Source: Flaccisagitta enflata (Eukaryota). Taken from it: a DNA stretch of 64,000 bases. The notes beneath the pieces were generated by a model. It saw only the letters and a list, made by a program, of their open reading frames with translations, was not told where the DNA came from and did no database searches. The stretch lies in NCBI GenBank assembly GCA_965153355.1, contig OZ231126.1, positions 19,282,001 through 19,346,000 of the forward strand, in the 5' to 3' direction. Numbering within the stretch: the first letter of the stretch is position 1; each line of letters starts with the position of its first letter. Made by a program: the position numbers and the translations under genes. This document shows, piece by piece, positions 1-26,064 of this stretch.

Positions 1-2160
1 TTTTGTTTTGTTGTTGTTGCTGTTGTTTTTGTTGTTGTTGTCTGTCCTCGTTGCTTCTATTGTTTTTTTTTGTTTTGTTTTGTTTTGTTTTTTTTTTAGC
101 ATTTCTCGACGCCCTTGTTGTATTTTCGTTGTTCTGAACGCCCAATCCCCATGATGTCCCTTATATTCGTCATTTTCACTCGTTATTCCTCTTCCTCCTC
201 TTTCTCCTCTCCCCCTCGAGAAAAACTTAACCCCATTTCTTGGTTTGACGCCTGTGAAAAAACAAGCTCATCACCATTCAGATTCATTCGGATGGAAAAG
301 GTGTTCCCCATTTTCTTGTGATTCTCTCACCTTTTTTAGGGCGTCGTCCTAGAAGTTGGGGGTGGCAGCGGAAATATGCATGGTTTCGAGCCCTGCTGTT
401 TCAGTCACAAGTTCCACCCGGGGTCACAATATCTTTTTAAGTGTAACCTGTGTAACCCGTGTAACCCGTGTATCCTTTAATCTTTACAGCACCAAAAGAT
501 AAAAAATGTGAGCAAGATTTCACTAAGATCTTGATTTTCATTGCTTTTTGCTTTTGAATTGCAGATTTAAACGTCTTTTTGAGGTCAGCATATGACAAAG
601 ATAAGCGCACCTAGTGTCTGTGTAGAGAATTTGTCCCAAGTGAATATTTATGTAAGTATTTGTAGCTTCATAATTATTCTAATATATCAAAAATAGACGC
701 AAAAGCGTTAGATGGTCAGCGGTACCCGTTGCCCCTATGTGAGTGGCTTTGGGTGTGCTTTGGGTGTGAGATGGTGTGAGTGGCTTTGGGTGTGAGATGG
801 ATTTGAGCCTCGAGGATGGGACTTGCGTCTAGAGGCCGGTATTTGAGTCTCAAGGCTGGGATTTGAGCTTCAAAGCTGGGATTTGAGCCTCAAGGTTGGG
901 ATTTGGGCCTTAGGGGGGGGACGGAGGAGAAGAAGGGGAAGAAGAAGGAGAAATTTCCTCTATATGTGAAAGCATAGGTCATCGGCCCCTTTGGGGCCGC
1001 TGCCCAAAAAATGGGGTAAAACACTAAATATTGTCTTCGATAGCTCGCCGTCTTTAGCTGTTTATAAACAAGGCTGGAAACACGGAAATGCAGTCGCAAC
1101 TTACGGCTCGCAAGTATCATAAGTTTCATTACCCCTTGCTGCCAAAGGCCGGAGGGATGTGTTGTGGGACGAATTTCTATTGTCTATCTTTTTGTGTATC
1201 CATCTATCCGTCTGTCTGTCTATCCAATCGATCGATCGATATAGGCTACGTGCGACTTAACGCAAAAAACTTTTTTTTCTGTGAGAGAGAAAGAGAAAGA
1301 CAACAGATAACATAAAGTTGTACGGAATAAAAGCTGTTGCGGATGAGGTTTATCACAGAATGTATCAAATTACCAGTAATGGCGGCTGTTGTCGTGAGGA
1401 AAAAAGTCATAAGTATTGGTCACTTTTCATCACGCTTTTGTTTTCAGTGACTGCAATTTTTTTTACTTACAAATAAGCTAGATGAGTTAAAATACTCAAA
1501 ATCACTCAACCAGACAATTAATTATGCTCAGTGATATACTCCTTGTATTTGCATGCTAAAATTAAACATTCATTTAAATTTGACCTATTCAAAATATAAA
1601 AAAACTGAATTAAATGAGCTAAATGAGCTAGAAAACTAAAAAACACCCTCACAGATGAGTTTTGCTCAGTGACATGCTTTCTTGTATTTGCTTGCTTAAA
1701 CATGTATCAAAATATCTATTGATTTATCGCATATAAAATCAGAAGAAAAAACTAAGCTCAATGAGCTTAGTTAAAATGCTCAAAAACACCCTCACAGATA
1801 AGCAGCTATGCTCATAAACATGTTTTCTTGTATTTGCATGCTCAAACAAATATACACTCCTTCACTGATCTTACGTAAAATCATGATTAATTAAATAAAA
1901 TTCAATTTGAATTTTTGTAAATAAATCTTAAAAAAACATAACACAAAGAGTATTTGTCATAAAGCATTCTGCTTGGCGCCAAATGAAAGAGAATTATCAA
2001 ACTTACTTACCATATCAATTTCATGGGAAACCTTAATCACCCAAATGAGATGCAAAACTTTCTCGTAAAAAAATGAAATTCATGTTTCCCTCGAATATGT
2101 CAAAAAGTCGAAGACTGACTTCGAGGTTTTTTTTCCCGATTATGCGTAAGACGTATGCGT

Positions 2161-2495
2161 AACAAGGCTGGATACACGGCTACCCAAGTCGCGTGCGGGT
2201 GGGCAGGGGCTATATTTGAGGTCACTAGACCATTTGGGCAGGAGCAGTGACGTCACAGAAAAAAAAACTTAAAAAAAAAGCAAAGTGTGACCAACCAACC
2301 GACCGAATAACCGACGGACAAAGCGTGCACGCGACTAACAAGGCCGGATACACGGCCAATACCAGTCGCGGACGGGTGGGCAGGGGCGGAAATGCGCGTT
2401 TTCACACTTTCCAACTCGATCACCACGGACCGACCAACCGACCAACGGACGGACGGACAAAGCCTCATATAGAGTCGCTTGTCCGCGACTAAAAA
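2161..2495 (-). mobile_element. Two abutting non-autonomous Helentron-associated (HINE/DINE-1-like) elements, family A
   Basis: One end aacaaggc(c/t)ggatacacggc (hairpin) then agtcgcg; other end (GACC/GACG)n then agtcgc..gcgactaaaaa palindrome; T-rich flanks and no TSD. Confidence 0.7.
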
Positions 2496-2781
2496 CCGTA
2501 GTCTCTTGTTTTCAGCACTGATCTCTCGCGAAAAAAGATATTACTGGCGAACTCCTGGATCCATTCAATTCTTGAAAACAAAAGATGAACCCCTGAATGA
2601 ACAAGTAACGCGGGGTTTCAATACACGCTTTTGACTGAGCGACAATGGGTTATTCTTCTTCTGAGGCGCAATGCTGTCATTTGAATGACGATATGTGGCT
2701 TATCCGTTGCTGAATCGTTGTTTTTTTTTATCATCTACGTCGTGGACGGGTGGTAAGGGCCCGCAGAGGCGTGCCGTCACT

Positions 2782-2983
<202 letters not shown>

Positions 2984-3704
2984 CGCTCAGGGATCGTCCA
3001 AGTCCAACGGACGAATCTACACCTCAAGCCCCCAGGAGTCCCCCACTCTCCCCTTCCTCACACAGAAACATACACAAAACTAATCTAAAACGCTTTTCAA
3101 CTCTATCATTGCGGACAGTCCAACGGACGAATGGACCAACGGAACAACGGACCAATGGAAAAAGCCTCTTATAGTGTTGCGTGGCAGGACCAAGGAAATG
3201 CGGAGAGAAAATGTAAGGACTTTTCAATCATGGTCCTACAGGACCTGGTCGATGCTAGGATTCACAAATGTTATTCTGTCGACTAGGTTGATGTTATGGT
3301 CTGGTGTGTCAAATACGGGTGATGACTGAATTTGAGACCATAACGCTGACGCAAGATGGGGCTGTTGATTTTAAAACGATCACCGTTTTTCTTTTTCCAA
3401 AATTTAATCAGCAACCGTTTTTTTTCGCGATCGAAATCTAATGCAATGTCTGCACTCTCGTTTGCCAAGAAACAAATTCATTAACCAAAAAAGACTATTT
3501 TACTATTTCATTGAAGTTGATATGATTAACTCAGACGCTTTTCTGTGAAGCTTCAAAGTGGATAGCAGCATTTAAAAGTAATTGGAATGCCCCATTATAC
3601 AAGGCCAAGGATGATAAATCGATAACGTTATTACAACGTTATGCAAATTAGGGGCAAAACAGGGCATTTGGAAACAACGGAAGATGACTGAAATTTGAAA
3701 AAAG

Positions 3705-5135
3705 AACAAGGCCGGATACACGGGCCAAGACGGTGCGCCGAGCAATATTAATTCATAGCTATCACTAGCTCCATCAGACTTATCCCTAGCTCTATCAGAC
3801 CATTCCTAGCTCTATCAGACCTATCCAATGTGGATTCTCACTAAGATTTTGTTCTCAATAGTTTTTGTTGAAGAAAATTGACCTCATTACTTCTTCAATT
3901 CTTTAACAGATGTCATCTTTGTTGTTCTCAACAAAAGGTCAATGATTAGAATGTAAAAAATCGATGACAAAATCGATGACAGACACCAAAAGCAAGAGAG
4001 TGACCAAACTATAACATCACCTTGAACTGAGCTTCATCTTTGGATGTTTGTTCCTTTCTTCTCATTGGTCAGTCTGAATATGTGAGCTTATCACTAACAT
4101 CTATGTTTTGTGGCGTTTTCCCTTAGTCGGGCACCAATGATTAAGAAAGAGCTGCTATGCAACAACTTTTCCATGAGCTTTTTCTCTCAAAGTGCAAAAA
4201 AGTAGCAGGAAAAGATTACATATTTGGATTTGCTATAAGGAGATCTACAAATAGGTATTAGGTTTTTGGCGGAAATAGGCGGGAATGAAATTTTTTTCTC
4301 TCTCTATTGAAATATAAGCCAAAATTTATCTTTGGCTTCCAATAAGCCGTATATAGAATGGGGTTATACAGCCAAATCATGTTCCTCTACCTCCGACAGG
4401 TTATGGTGCACAATAGAAGTTTAAAAAAAATTGAAGAAAAGAATGTCCCCATATGCTTTAAAAAAGGACTCTCTGCCCTATGTGCTATCCCGCCGGGCGT
4501 TATTAATCCATAGCTATCCCTAGCTCCATTATTAACACGGGCCAAGACGGTGCGCCGAGCATTATTAATTCATAGCTATCACTAGCTCCATCAGACCTAT
4601 TCCTAGCTCTATCAGACCATTCCTAGCTCTATAAGACCTATCCCGAGCTCTATCAGGCCTCTCCCGAGCTCTATCAGACCTATCCCGAACTCTATCAGAC
4701 CTATCACCAGCTCTATCAGACCTATCCCCAGCTCTATCAGACCTATCTCCAGCTCTATCAGACCTATCCAAAGACCTATCTGACCTATCACCAGACCTAT
4801 CGGACCTATCCCCAGCTCTATAAGACCTAACCGTAGCTGATTATATTAGTGAATGAAATGAAGAGTATCATTCATGATGAACAAAATGAGTTTTCTATTG
4901 ATGTCAAACATTTTTAGCGAGTTTTCATTTAAGCGTGACCGACGGATGGACAGATGGACAGACGGACAGAGCTTCTTATAGAGATGCTATGGCGCATCTA
5001 AAAAATCATCCTAGCGTATTTCTGAATCATTTCCAGTGATTTTTGCTTCTTTTCAATATTTTCAACTCGAGTGTTACCGACCGACCGACCGACAGACAGA
5101 GGCTCTCATAGAGGTGCTATGGCGCACCTAAAAAC
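3705..5135 (-). mobile_element. HINE-like element(s) carrying a 21-bp tandem array (cccagctctatcagacctat-type; main array ~4575-4830), interrupted by other sequence
   Basis: aacaaggccggatacacgg end; ggtgcgcc / ggcgca(t/c)c subterminal inverted repeats; GACA/GACG microsatellite before atagaggtgctatggcgcacctaaaaa. Confidence 0.55.
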
Positions 5136-7382
5136 GGTGAGGGCATTCAAATGAATAACCCCATGATGCCCTAGCGTTATACTCTCAGGGATTAGTGTTT
5201 TGCATATTGACACACCCGAATGTTATGGGTATTGAAAGAGTGCGACTCGCATGATTCAGAGCTATTCAACCAAGCTGGATACCCAGCTACCCCATTCACG
5301 CGATCATGGGTGCGGGTTGGCGGAGGCAGTGATGTAGGAGGCCATCTAGGCACACAGGGTGGGGTAAAGCCGCCTGACGTCCCTCCCCGTACACACATAA
5401 AGCTAATGTAGCATTGAGTAAAACAAAATGGTTTCCCGTGTAGAAAAAACAAACAAGGTCATGAGACCTAAGTCGCGTGCGTTGGTAATTTCGAAAAAAG
5501 GCAGACAACAAAAGACGGATAGACAGATAATGGACAGACAGACAAAAAAGAAAAAATGACAAATCAATTGTCCAGTGTCCAATAAGTGCTTATAATGCCT
5601 TAAAACCTTTACAATATCTTTACAATATGTAAAACACCTTTTAGTAAACAACTTTGTGACAGATGGATGGACAGACAGAGAGAAAAATCAACAATCAGAT
5701 GGACTGACCGACCAAAAAGTGGCTTATAGATTTGTGTAGCACACGACTAACAATTCAAAATATTGTATATATGTAAAACCCCCCTTATATGACTTTGAGA
5801 CAGACAGACTGAAGGTCTGAGCAAAGAACTGAACAATAATTGGCTTACAGTGGTTTATTAATGCCTAAAAAACATTTAGAATCATTTGAAATGTCTTTTA
5901 AATTGTGTTAAACGCCCTAAAACAACTTTGTGATGGATGGTCCGACCGAAAAATGCATTGGAGAAAAGCTTCCACACTTGTTGCCTAGATAACCTCCTTA
6001 TTCACTAGCTGATAGGTTCATCAGATCTTTTTTTCATATTTTGTTATTACCTAAACGGAAAAGAGAAAAATTAGGACCGCTGTCCTAATAGTGAAGAACA
6101 ATATGCTGTATTGGAATTCTTATTGTGAGCTCGATCGGGCCAGTATTTCTAATTTTAAAGCGCCGGGACTAGAAATACAGAAAGGAAATTGTTCAAAATT
6201 ATCGTTTATTTCTGATGGCTTATAGAGTCGCGTAGCACGCAACTAGAAACCAAGTGGCAGCTTTTATTTAGGCCAAGGAGTAGCAAATTTCCCAACTCAA
6301 TGAATAGAAGATGGCATTTTGGACTCTCACTAATGATGAATACCACCATAAATTCTGTGTTGGACATCATTACCAAGACAAAAATGCAAATGCTCTATAA
6401 ACAACTATCTAAATGAAAAAAGAGCTCGATTACATGATACGTAATTGCCACACAGGTCTTCTTTTAATGTGAATAGTGCTTTGCTTGTTAAGTAATCTAT
6501 CTGTATAGATTTCATCGATTTCTTCATGTTTTTACTGAAAAGCGAGTTTTTGTTTCAATGCCATTATTTTCATTTTGTTTCACTAAGGCATGCTCAGTTG
6601 CTCACACGTTACTTTGGATACATTCCATGCATACATTTTAATTTAGAAAAATGACAGAATGCTTTGATAAAGGATAACCTCCTCCGCACACAAAAGGCGC
6701 CAGTCGCTAAGCTGGGCTGAAAAACCTCTATCAAATTTTTCAATTGTATTCTTTTTCCTTTCTTCTACTGACTGGATATTAGGCGCTGAGCAGGGGTAAA
6801 AAAACCAAATTTTCCTGTTTGTATTTTTTCCATTCTTTCAAAAATATGGCCTCTACCATCCTATGTCTCAATATATCTTTCGTTCTTTTTCCTTCTTTGT
6901 TCCTTTTTTCCTTCTTTCTTTTTTTCACTTTTTTCCAGTACTTTCTTCCTTCCTTCCTTTCTTCCTTTCTTTTCTCCCTCCTTCTTTCCTTCCTTCCCTC
7001 CTTCTTTGCTTCCTTTCCTCTTTCTTCCCTTCCATCTTTCCTTCGTTCCCTCCTTCCCTCCTTCCTTTCTTCCTCCCTTTCTTCTTCCTTCCCCTCCCTC
7101 CCACCGACCTCATTTACTGCTTGTAAAGAAAGAGTGAAAGAAATAACGAAAAAACACGATCATGGCAGGAAGTTGCAAAAAGCTTCTCTGATATCATTGG
7201 ATCAATTTTACAATCCGTGCTGCAATGACGCAAAATGAGATTTCTTCTGTTGTTTTAACAGGAAAATCAGTATTTTCGCGACTGGGTATTATATCAATTT
7301 CCTTTTTTTCTGTCTCTCTGATATGAAAGTGTACATTTCTCTGTCCTCGCTGCCTCACCGCCTAGCTGTCTCACTCTTTCTC

Positions 7383-7487
<105 letters not shown>

Positions 7488-7749
7488 TGACTCGTATTCT
7501 ACTCCCACCATTCCGATTCTATGGCAATGCAGAAATCTATATGAAGCCACTAAAGCTTCATCATCGTTGCCTCAAGCACGAAATTCATTCAATACTACCC
7601 AGAGCAAAAGCACATAGACAGAATAATTTCTCTTTTATACGACCACATTAGTACATTTGCGCCAGAGCCTTTTATCCATTAAGCAGCTTAATCTAAAGCA
7701 TAGGAGAGGGAGAGAGAGAAAAAAAATTGCAATAATCTACTCTGGGAAG

Positions 7750-9374
7750 ATGATTCACTTTTCTACGCGTGGAATTTTGGCTATTACGTTGTTGGTAATT
7801 CCGAGCCATTTCGGGAATTGTTACGTCACTGCGACGGCGCAAGATGTCGTATCTGAGGCCGCAACTTCGGAAGAGTCATTGGAATACTGCGATCCACGTT
7901 TCTTAGCCGATTCTGTGGCCACTTTCAAAGACAGTTCCATGAAATGCAGCGAGATTATAAAACGAATCATTGAGAATCAAGCAACTACAGATTGGTATTT
8001 TTTACCGGATCCGAGTAACGAAGTGGAAGAAAACGTTCTTCTACGAACAAGGTTGATCAACATAAGGGGCCTCGATTTTCACGGGCAATTGGAGCTGATT
8101 CTCAAGGTTGATCTCGAGTGGAAAGTCAGGGGCTGGAACGAAGATTGCAGAAATACATCAAGACCTCAAGAGTGTGAATCATTCATGAACAAAACCAAAC
8201 ATCTGAACGAGTACATCACTAAGCCGCAGAAGACGAAATACTTTGACTTCGTTTTAAAGGAGGACAACGACTTCAGTCTGCTTTCCGATAAAATGAGAAG
8301 AGTCCCTTTAAAGATCTCCCGCAATGGCACAGTTCGATGGGAAAGCGTCATTCGCGTCAACCTCAAATGCGAAATAAGGGCCGTTCGATTTCCAAATGAC
8401 GAGCAGTTGTGTGCCCTGAAATGGCGTTTGGTACCGGAAAGAAAAGACGTGAATGTGTCCATCGAATGCGAAGCGAATAAGACCGACGTCAAAAACAACC
8501 AATGGAAGTTGATGGAGTTTACAATGAGAAAGGACGTGTGTTATTTGGTATTGTCAAGAAGAAGCGAGAAAATCTGGGCGACACTCGGAATACCTTTTAT
8601 CTTGTTCAACGTGTTGATCTGCTTGGTTTATTTTCTGCCGCCTTCGTCTGGAGAAAGAGTTGGATACAGCGTTACTTTGGTTTTGTCTTTCTCACTTCTT
8701 GTGATGGCCATTGATAAAATGGTGCCTTCCTCTGATAACGAAAACGCTCCGTCTCCCGCTGGTTAGTGGTTTTGGACAGCCAGATACGTAGATCCAAGCA
8801 ACTGTATGCCAAAGCAGTATCAAAACACTAAAAAATGTCAATGACACACAATCGATACCGAAGATTTGTATAATCTCTTTCAAGAGGTTCTTCACTTACT
8901 TTCCCCTCAACTATCTTTGCTCTTTCAGTTACCACGGCGTTTATTACCTTTGGTCCGTCTGCCGTGGCCATGGTTCAAACCATCATCGTCATTTTTCTGA
9001 GGACCAAATACGGCGGAGAAGATACAAGTTTGGAGTCAGAAATTTCCTCATCTGGCGGTTCGGACGATAAGCGATGTTGTTTGCCTACCAGAAGAGTTGA
9101 TTCCATCCCTAAAGGCAAAGGCACTGACAAAGGCAAGGGCAATGGCAAGAATCACTCTGAAGATTCCTTGGATCAGACGGATACGGAAACGATGACGGAA
9201 GAGCCCTTTCGACGTAAATGTCCAATCGACTGCGTTGTGAGGTACGTAGACAACATCTTTCTGGGACTGAATCTCCTCGTAACCGCTTGTTTACTTTTGA
9301 CGGTGCTTGGAAGAATGCTAAAAGATGCGGAAGAGTTCCAGAAAACGTTGTCTGATCACAATATAACCTTGTAG
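7750..9374 (+). CDS. Divergent Cys-loop pentameric ligand-gated ion channel subunit (nAChR/5-HT3-like, cation-type), ~485 aa, 2 exons
   Basis: Exon 1 is 7750-8761 (ATG, signal peptide [18 protein letters not shown]...). Intron 8762-8928 is gttagt...tctttcag, phase 1. Exon 2 is 8929-9374 (stop TAG). Cys-loop C-x13-C ([15 protein letters not shown]); M1 [23 protein letters not shown]2 [22 protein letters not shown]3 spans the junction ([24 protein letters not shown]); M4 [23 protein letters not shown]. Confidence 0.9.
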
Positions 9375-9379
9375 CCTTG

Positions 9380-9486
<107 letters not shown>

Positions 9487-11749
9487 GCGCGGATAAACGG
9501 ACCCACCAAGAATGTGGCTGATAGATCCGCGTGCACATGACCAGGTTTCCAGCTTGCTTTTGATTTCTATCAACACACGCCTTTGCACAAGTAACAAGTC
9601 ACGCGGGATCACAATTTCGTAGCGGACGGTTGGGCAGGGGCAGCCGACCCCCATCCGCACCCAACACCCCACCCAACACCCTTTCCGACACAGACACATA
9701 CACAAACACTTTTAAAACGCTCGTTTTTCCACTTTTCGACTCGTGCTCACGGAGCAATGCATTGCAATGGACCGACGGACCAACGGACCAACGGACCGAT
9801 GGACGGATGGGCAAAGCCTCTTACTTCGCGAATCAAAAAAAAGCCGCACCTTTTTGTAGGTGTGTAAAAGAAACACAGAAAAATTTTTTTGAATTTTTTT
9901 GTTCAGCCAATTTTAAAGATTTTCAAATTTTCTTTCATTCTAGACCAATCTCAAGCCTGTGTCTCAAACGGATTAAGAGCTAGAGCTCTGCAAAGAGAAG
10001 CACTATTTTCCTAAGATGCACTTTTTTCATAGGGATTGCAAAACTGAAATAGACAACATTTTTATTCAAACTGATGCCATTTCTAAACGAAAAAATATAG
10101 CACTACCAGATTGGTGCCAAATGAAAGATCTCTTCAAGATCTTCAAAATGGTCTAAGATTTTTATAAATTATTTTGAAATTCAATATGACAAATTGCTAT
10201 TTAAAAGTGCGGCTTTTTTATTGATTCGCGTAGTATAGAGTTGGATGTTCGCAACTTAAAAAGTAAAATTTAATAAGCACGCACTTATCTGTAATCCTTT
10301 GTTTCCACACCAATTTTCCAATGCGGATAACCAAAGCACCTCCATAACTGGCTGTGTCCGTTGGTCGGTCGGTCGGTCTGTCTTTTGGTAACGCATTCGT
10401 TCGACGATCCACACGTCGCACCTTACTGGCCTACTTGGCCTTGTTGTAATAATGGGGGAAATCAATATAATCACAATGCCCTAAATGGCTTCTCCCTGAG
10501 TTTCACCTCTTAATTTATCATTTTTACTCACTTTTTTATTGAATTTGTGTCTGGCGGATAGGACTTGACGTCCCTTCCCATACGTCGCTTGCTGTAAATC
10601 ACTGTCATTCATTCCTTTGACTTAGCAATAAGAAAAATGAAAGACTGGATTTTTTCGTTGTATGTTTTTACGGATATCTTGTACATGAAAATCACAAAAT
10701 GAGATCCTCAGAAAGATTAAAATGGTGAAAACTGAAAAGGCGGTTTAATGTTTTCCCTCACAACATTTCGGCGAGGGGAAGGGGAAGTTTAGATTGTATT
10801 TTGATGCAATGAATAAAGCACGCATAATTAGTTGCTGATTTTCATTGTGCCATATTATGATCAAATCATCGGGTCCGAATAGGGTAAGTTCAATGCAATG
10901 GTTACACTAACTGCAGTTAGAATTTTACTGCACAATTTTGAATGTAAGCAAAGAAAACGAAGATGCTAGCATTTATATCGGCTTTGTGTATAATAAAGGT
11001 GTTGTAGAATAATGCATATAATGGACGGAGGAGTACAGCCTGAAGCAGAAATGAATGAGCATGGGTATAGTTGATCATGGATAAGTACAAAACTTGTCGC
11101 AAATTTGTCCCGTATCAACACTCAACAGTAATAATTTTCATGGTTGCAATATGATGAAAAAAATTTCCCCTGCAAACCTTCAAAGTTCAATTACGACAAA
11201 AAAGATGCGAAAGAAGAAGCCTCAAGAATTTTTTTTTTTTGCAGAACCGAACTCATCATCTCTTTGAAAGGGAATAAATACATTCTTATACGAGATTGAT
11301 AGTTAACATTGATGGTTAACACGATAAATGAATCTTAAATTTTTCGAACCAATCATCTGTTTATCTATTCATTCATTCTATTCATTCTAATTCATCGTTT
11401 TAACTAAAATGATTCTTGAGGATGACGAAAATGAATATTTGTGCTCCAACATCTCCTTTCTGTTTCTGATTGCTATCTAAACCGACCAAAAAGTAGTTTT
11501 GTATATCATAATCATTTCTCAATTCTTTCACTTCGAAAATAGAAGTAATAACTGTTTATTCCCATATTTTATCCTCGTGTACTGTGGAAATGTCGAAGGA
11601 ACACAAGGAATATTCTCGACTTAAGCTAGAAATTCATAATCTTCCGATGACAGTTTTGGGGGAAATTGGAGTGTTTACAAGGCGAGTTGTGGGTTGGGGG
11701 CTAGGGGGGTTAGGGGGTTGATAATTGATGGACTCTGTACAAACATCGA

Positions 11750-23453
<11,704 letters not shown>

Positions 23454-24066
23454 CGCCTAATCGATAGTTGATTCGCTGTTTCTGAATGTTAATGTTAGGG
23501 TGATAAGAATGCCATTTTTTTCAACAGGATGTGCTTCAGATTATGGTTGACGGTTGTCTCAGAAAATACTACAAGAATGCTTTCGCTTTTGGCTAAAACA
23601 AGTAGACAGATAGACAGATACACGGTTGGACCAAGAAATTGCAATTAGAATTGAATCTGCGTAAGTAGTTAAAGACCCATAATAAAATGAGGTAATGATC
23701 TTCATCTTGTTTGGTTGATACATGGACGGTGGTTTTTTTTGTTTGTTTTTTTTTTCTGTACATATGACCGTATTCTAAAGCTACTTTGAAATTATTACCC
23801 TTGGAAATGAACAACAGTCCATTTGAAAAACTCACAACGCATGACAATAAAATAGTGATACATTTTTTTCTTTGAGTTTTTAATGGATCACTTTACTTAT
23901 GGTTCAAGAGGTCGCTTATTTGCATTTTGAAAAGAAATTTAAATAAGATTCAAAAAATGTTTTGATTTTGGAACTTTTTTTTCGAGACTGAAACGTGAGT
24001 CTGAGCGTGAGAGGAGAAAAGGTAGGACACTCTCTTTCCTAGAGGTGAGGGTAAGGCGAAAGAGAG

Positions 24067-24170
<104 letters not shown>

Positions 24171-25192
24171 AACAGACAGACAGACATGGAGAGACAGAGA
24201 CAAAGACAGACAGGGACAGACATGGACGGACAGAGAGAGGGAAAAAAAATTAACGAATGAAATAAAGAAAGACTGAAAGGACGAAAGAAAGAAAGAAAGC
24301 AAAAGAGAGAGCAAGTAAGGGAGAGAATGAGGAGCAAACGAGACATTATCAAAGTTTATTTGCAAAATTTTGAGGTTGTCACTCGCAACGAAGTGAAGTG
24401 GAAACAAGGCCGGATTCACGGATACCGAAGTCGGGTGCAGGTGGGCAGGGGCCATATTTGAGGTCACCAGACCATTTGGGCAGGAGCAGTGAGGTCAAAG
24501 AAATAAAATCATAAAAAAGTAAAGTGCGACAGACAGACCGACCGAAAAAGCGGGGTGTAGAGTCGCGTGCACGCAACTTAAAAATCTCGGGGAAAAAATA
24601 AGTGCTCTTCACCGTTCGCACTTTTTTGGGCAGCGGCACCAGAGGGCAGCTGTCCCAGCATTTAGCCTTGAATCTGAGCCTCTTGGCCATAATCTCAGCC
24701 CCAGGGCCCAAATCCTAATATCAACGCCTTAATGTCTTGACAAATTTTAGCAGAGGGGCCCAATTCCCTAAAAGCTAAAATTCAATCATCCCGGCCCAAA
24801 TCACAGTGTCTGCAAAGCCTAAATTTTAGCCCAGAGCTATATCTTGGCCAAGAGATCCCACTTTTAGCCCATTCTAAACCTTGTGGGACAAATCTCAGAT
24901 TTGTAGCATATACATTCACTAAGAAGCATCGGGTACCGCTGACCATCTCACACTTTCGCTTTTCTTTCACACGGTTTCCTGTCTCTCTTAGTTCTTGTCT
25001 TTCTTACTGTTTGCTTGGCTAGCCATCTTTGTTTCTTACTACTGTCTCTAAATGTGAAGTCGGTCATTTTTATTCTTTGTTTTTCGTCCTATCAACCAGT
25101 AAAATTCCTCTCTGTCTGTCTATCTCTGTCTCTCTCTGTCTCTATCTTTTGCTCTCTGTCTGTCTCTGTCTATCTTTTGCTCTCTGTCTGTC

Positions 25193-25248
<56 letters not shown>

Positions 25249-25338
25249 TTTCTAATCACACGTCAATCGGCTTGTGATCGAACGAAGTGCAATTTGAAGA
25301 CGGTCTTCATTCGGCAGATTAGCTAACTCAGTTAAATA

Positions 25339-26064
25339 CAGTCGAGCTTCACTTGAGCGTACCCGCTGATACGGCATCCCTCGCTAGATGGCATGAATTC
25401 AAAAGTCCCAACTTTTTTGTCTAGCGCACCCGCCTATAAAGCAAATTTCACTAGTAATCACTACAAGGCATGAAATATGTGTGAGATAAAGGTTTTTGTG
25501 GTCGATTTTAAGGCATGATGAAGAAGGAGAAGAAGAAGAAGAAGAAGAAGAAGAAGAAGAAGAAGAAGAAGAAGAAGAAGAAGAAGAAGAAGAAGAAGAA
25601 GAAGAAGAAGAAGAAGAAGAAAACAAAGACAAAGAAGAAGAAGACAAAGAAGAAGAAGAAATGACGATGATGACGAGATGGAATCAGGAGAAAGAATGCC
25701 ATCCACAGCCACTCGTTATTATTCACTATCTAAACTCGGCATTGTTTAAAAAGTTACAAAGAGAAATTTAGGCTAGAAAATTGGTAAAATCCTTGACTTT
25801 GATTTAAGATAAAAACTTATCTGCATTTCCAGGTTTGTCTAGTTGTCCGTCCCTTGGCAGGTCTGTTTGTGTCTCCCATCTCTTAGTTCCTTAGTTTTAT
25901 GTCTGCATCATTTTTTCTACCACATGGCATGGCTAAATCAATCTGACAAAGAAACAAATATCAATTTAAACTATAGAGACAGTCATGCTCGGCAATAAGG
26001 CATCCACCCTTGAAGGCATGGAATGAGTTGGTCCCTTCAAATGCCATCTAGCGAAGCTTAACTG
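25339..26064. mobile_element. Tc1/mariner (pogo/Tigger-like) MITE containing a (GAA)n tract
   Basis: TA|cagtcgagcttc ... gaagcttaactg|TA termini; shared ctagatggcat motif in inverted orientation. Confidence 0.5.

Noticed and set aside
7657-7749. N-terminal extension of the channel ORF from a TTG start
   Set aside because: Bacterial-style start in the ORF track; the ATG at 7750 directly precedes a signal peptide.
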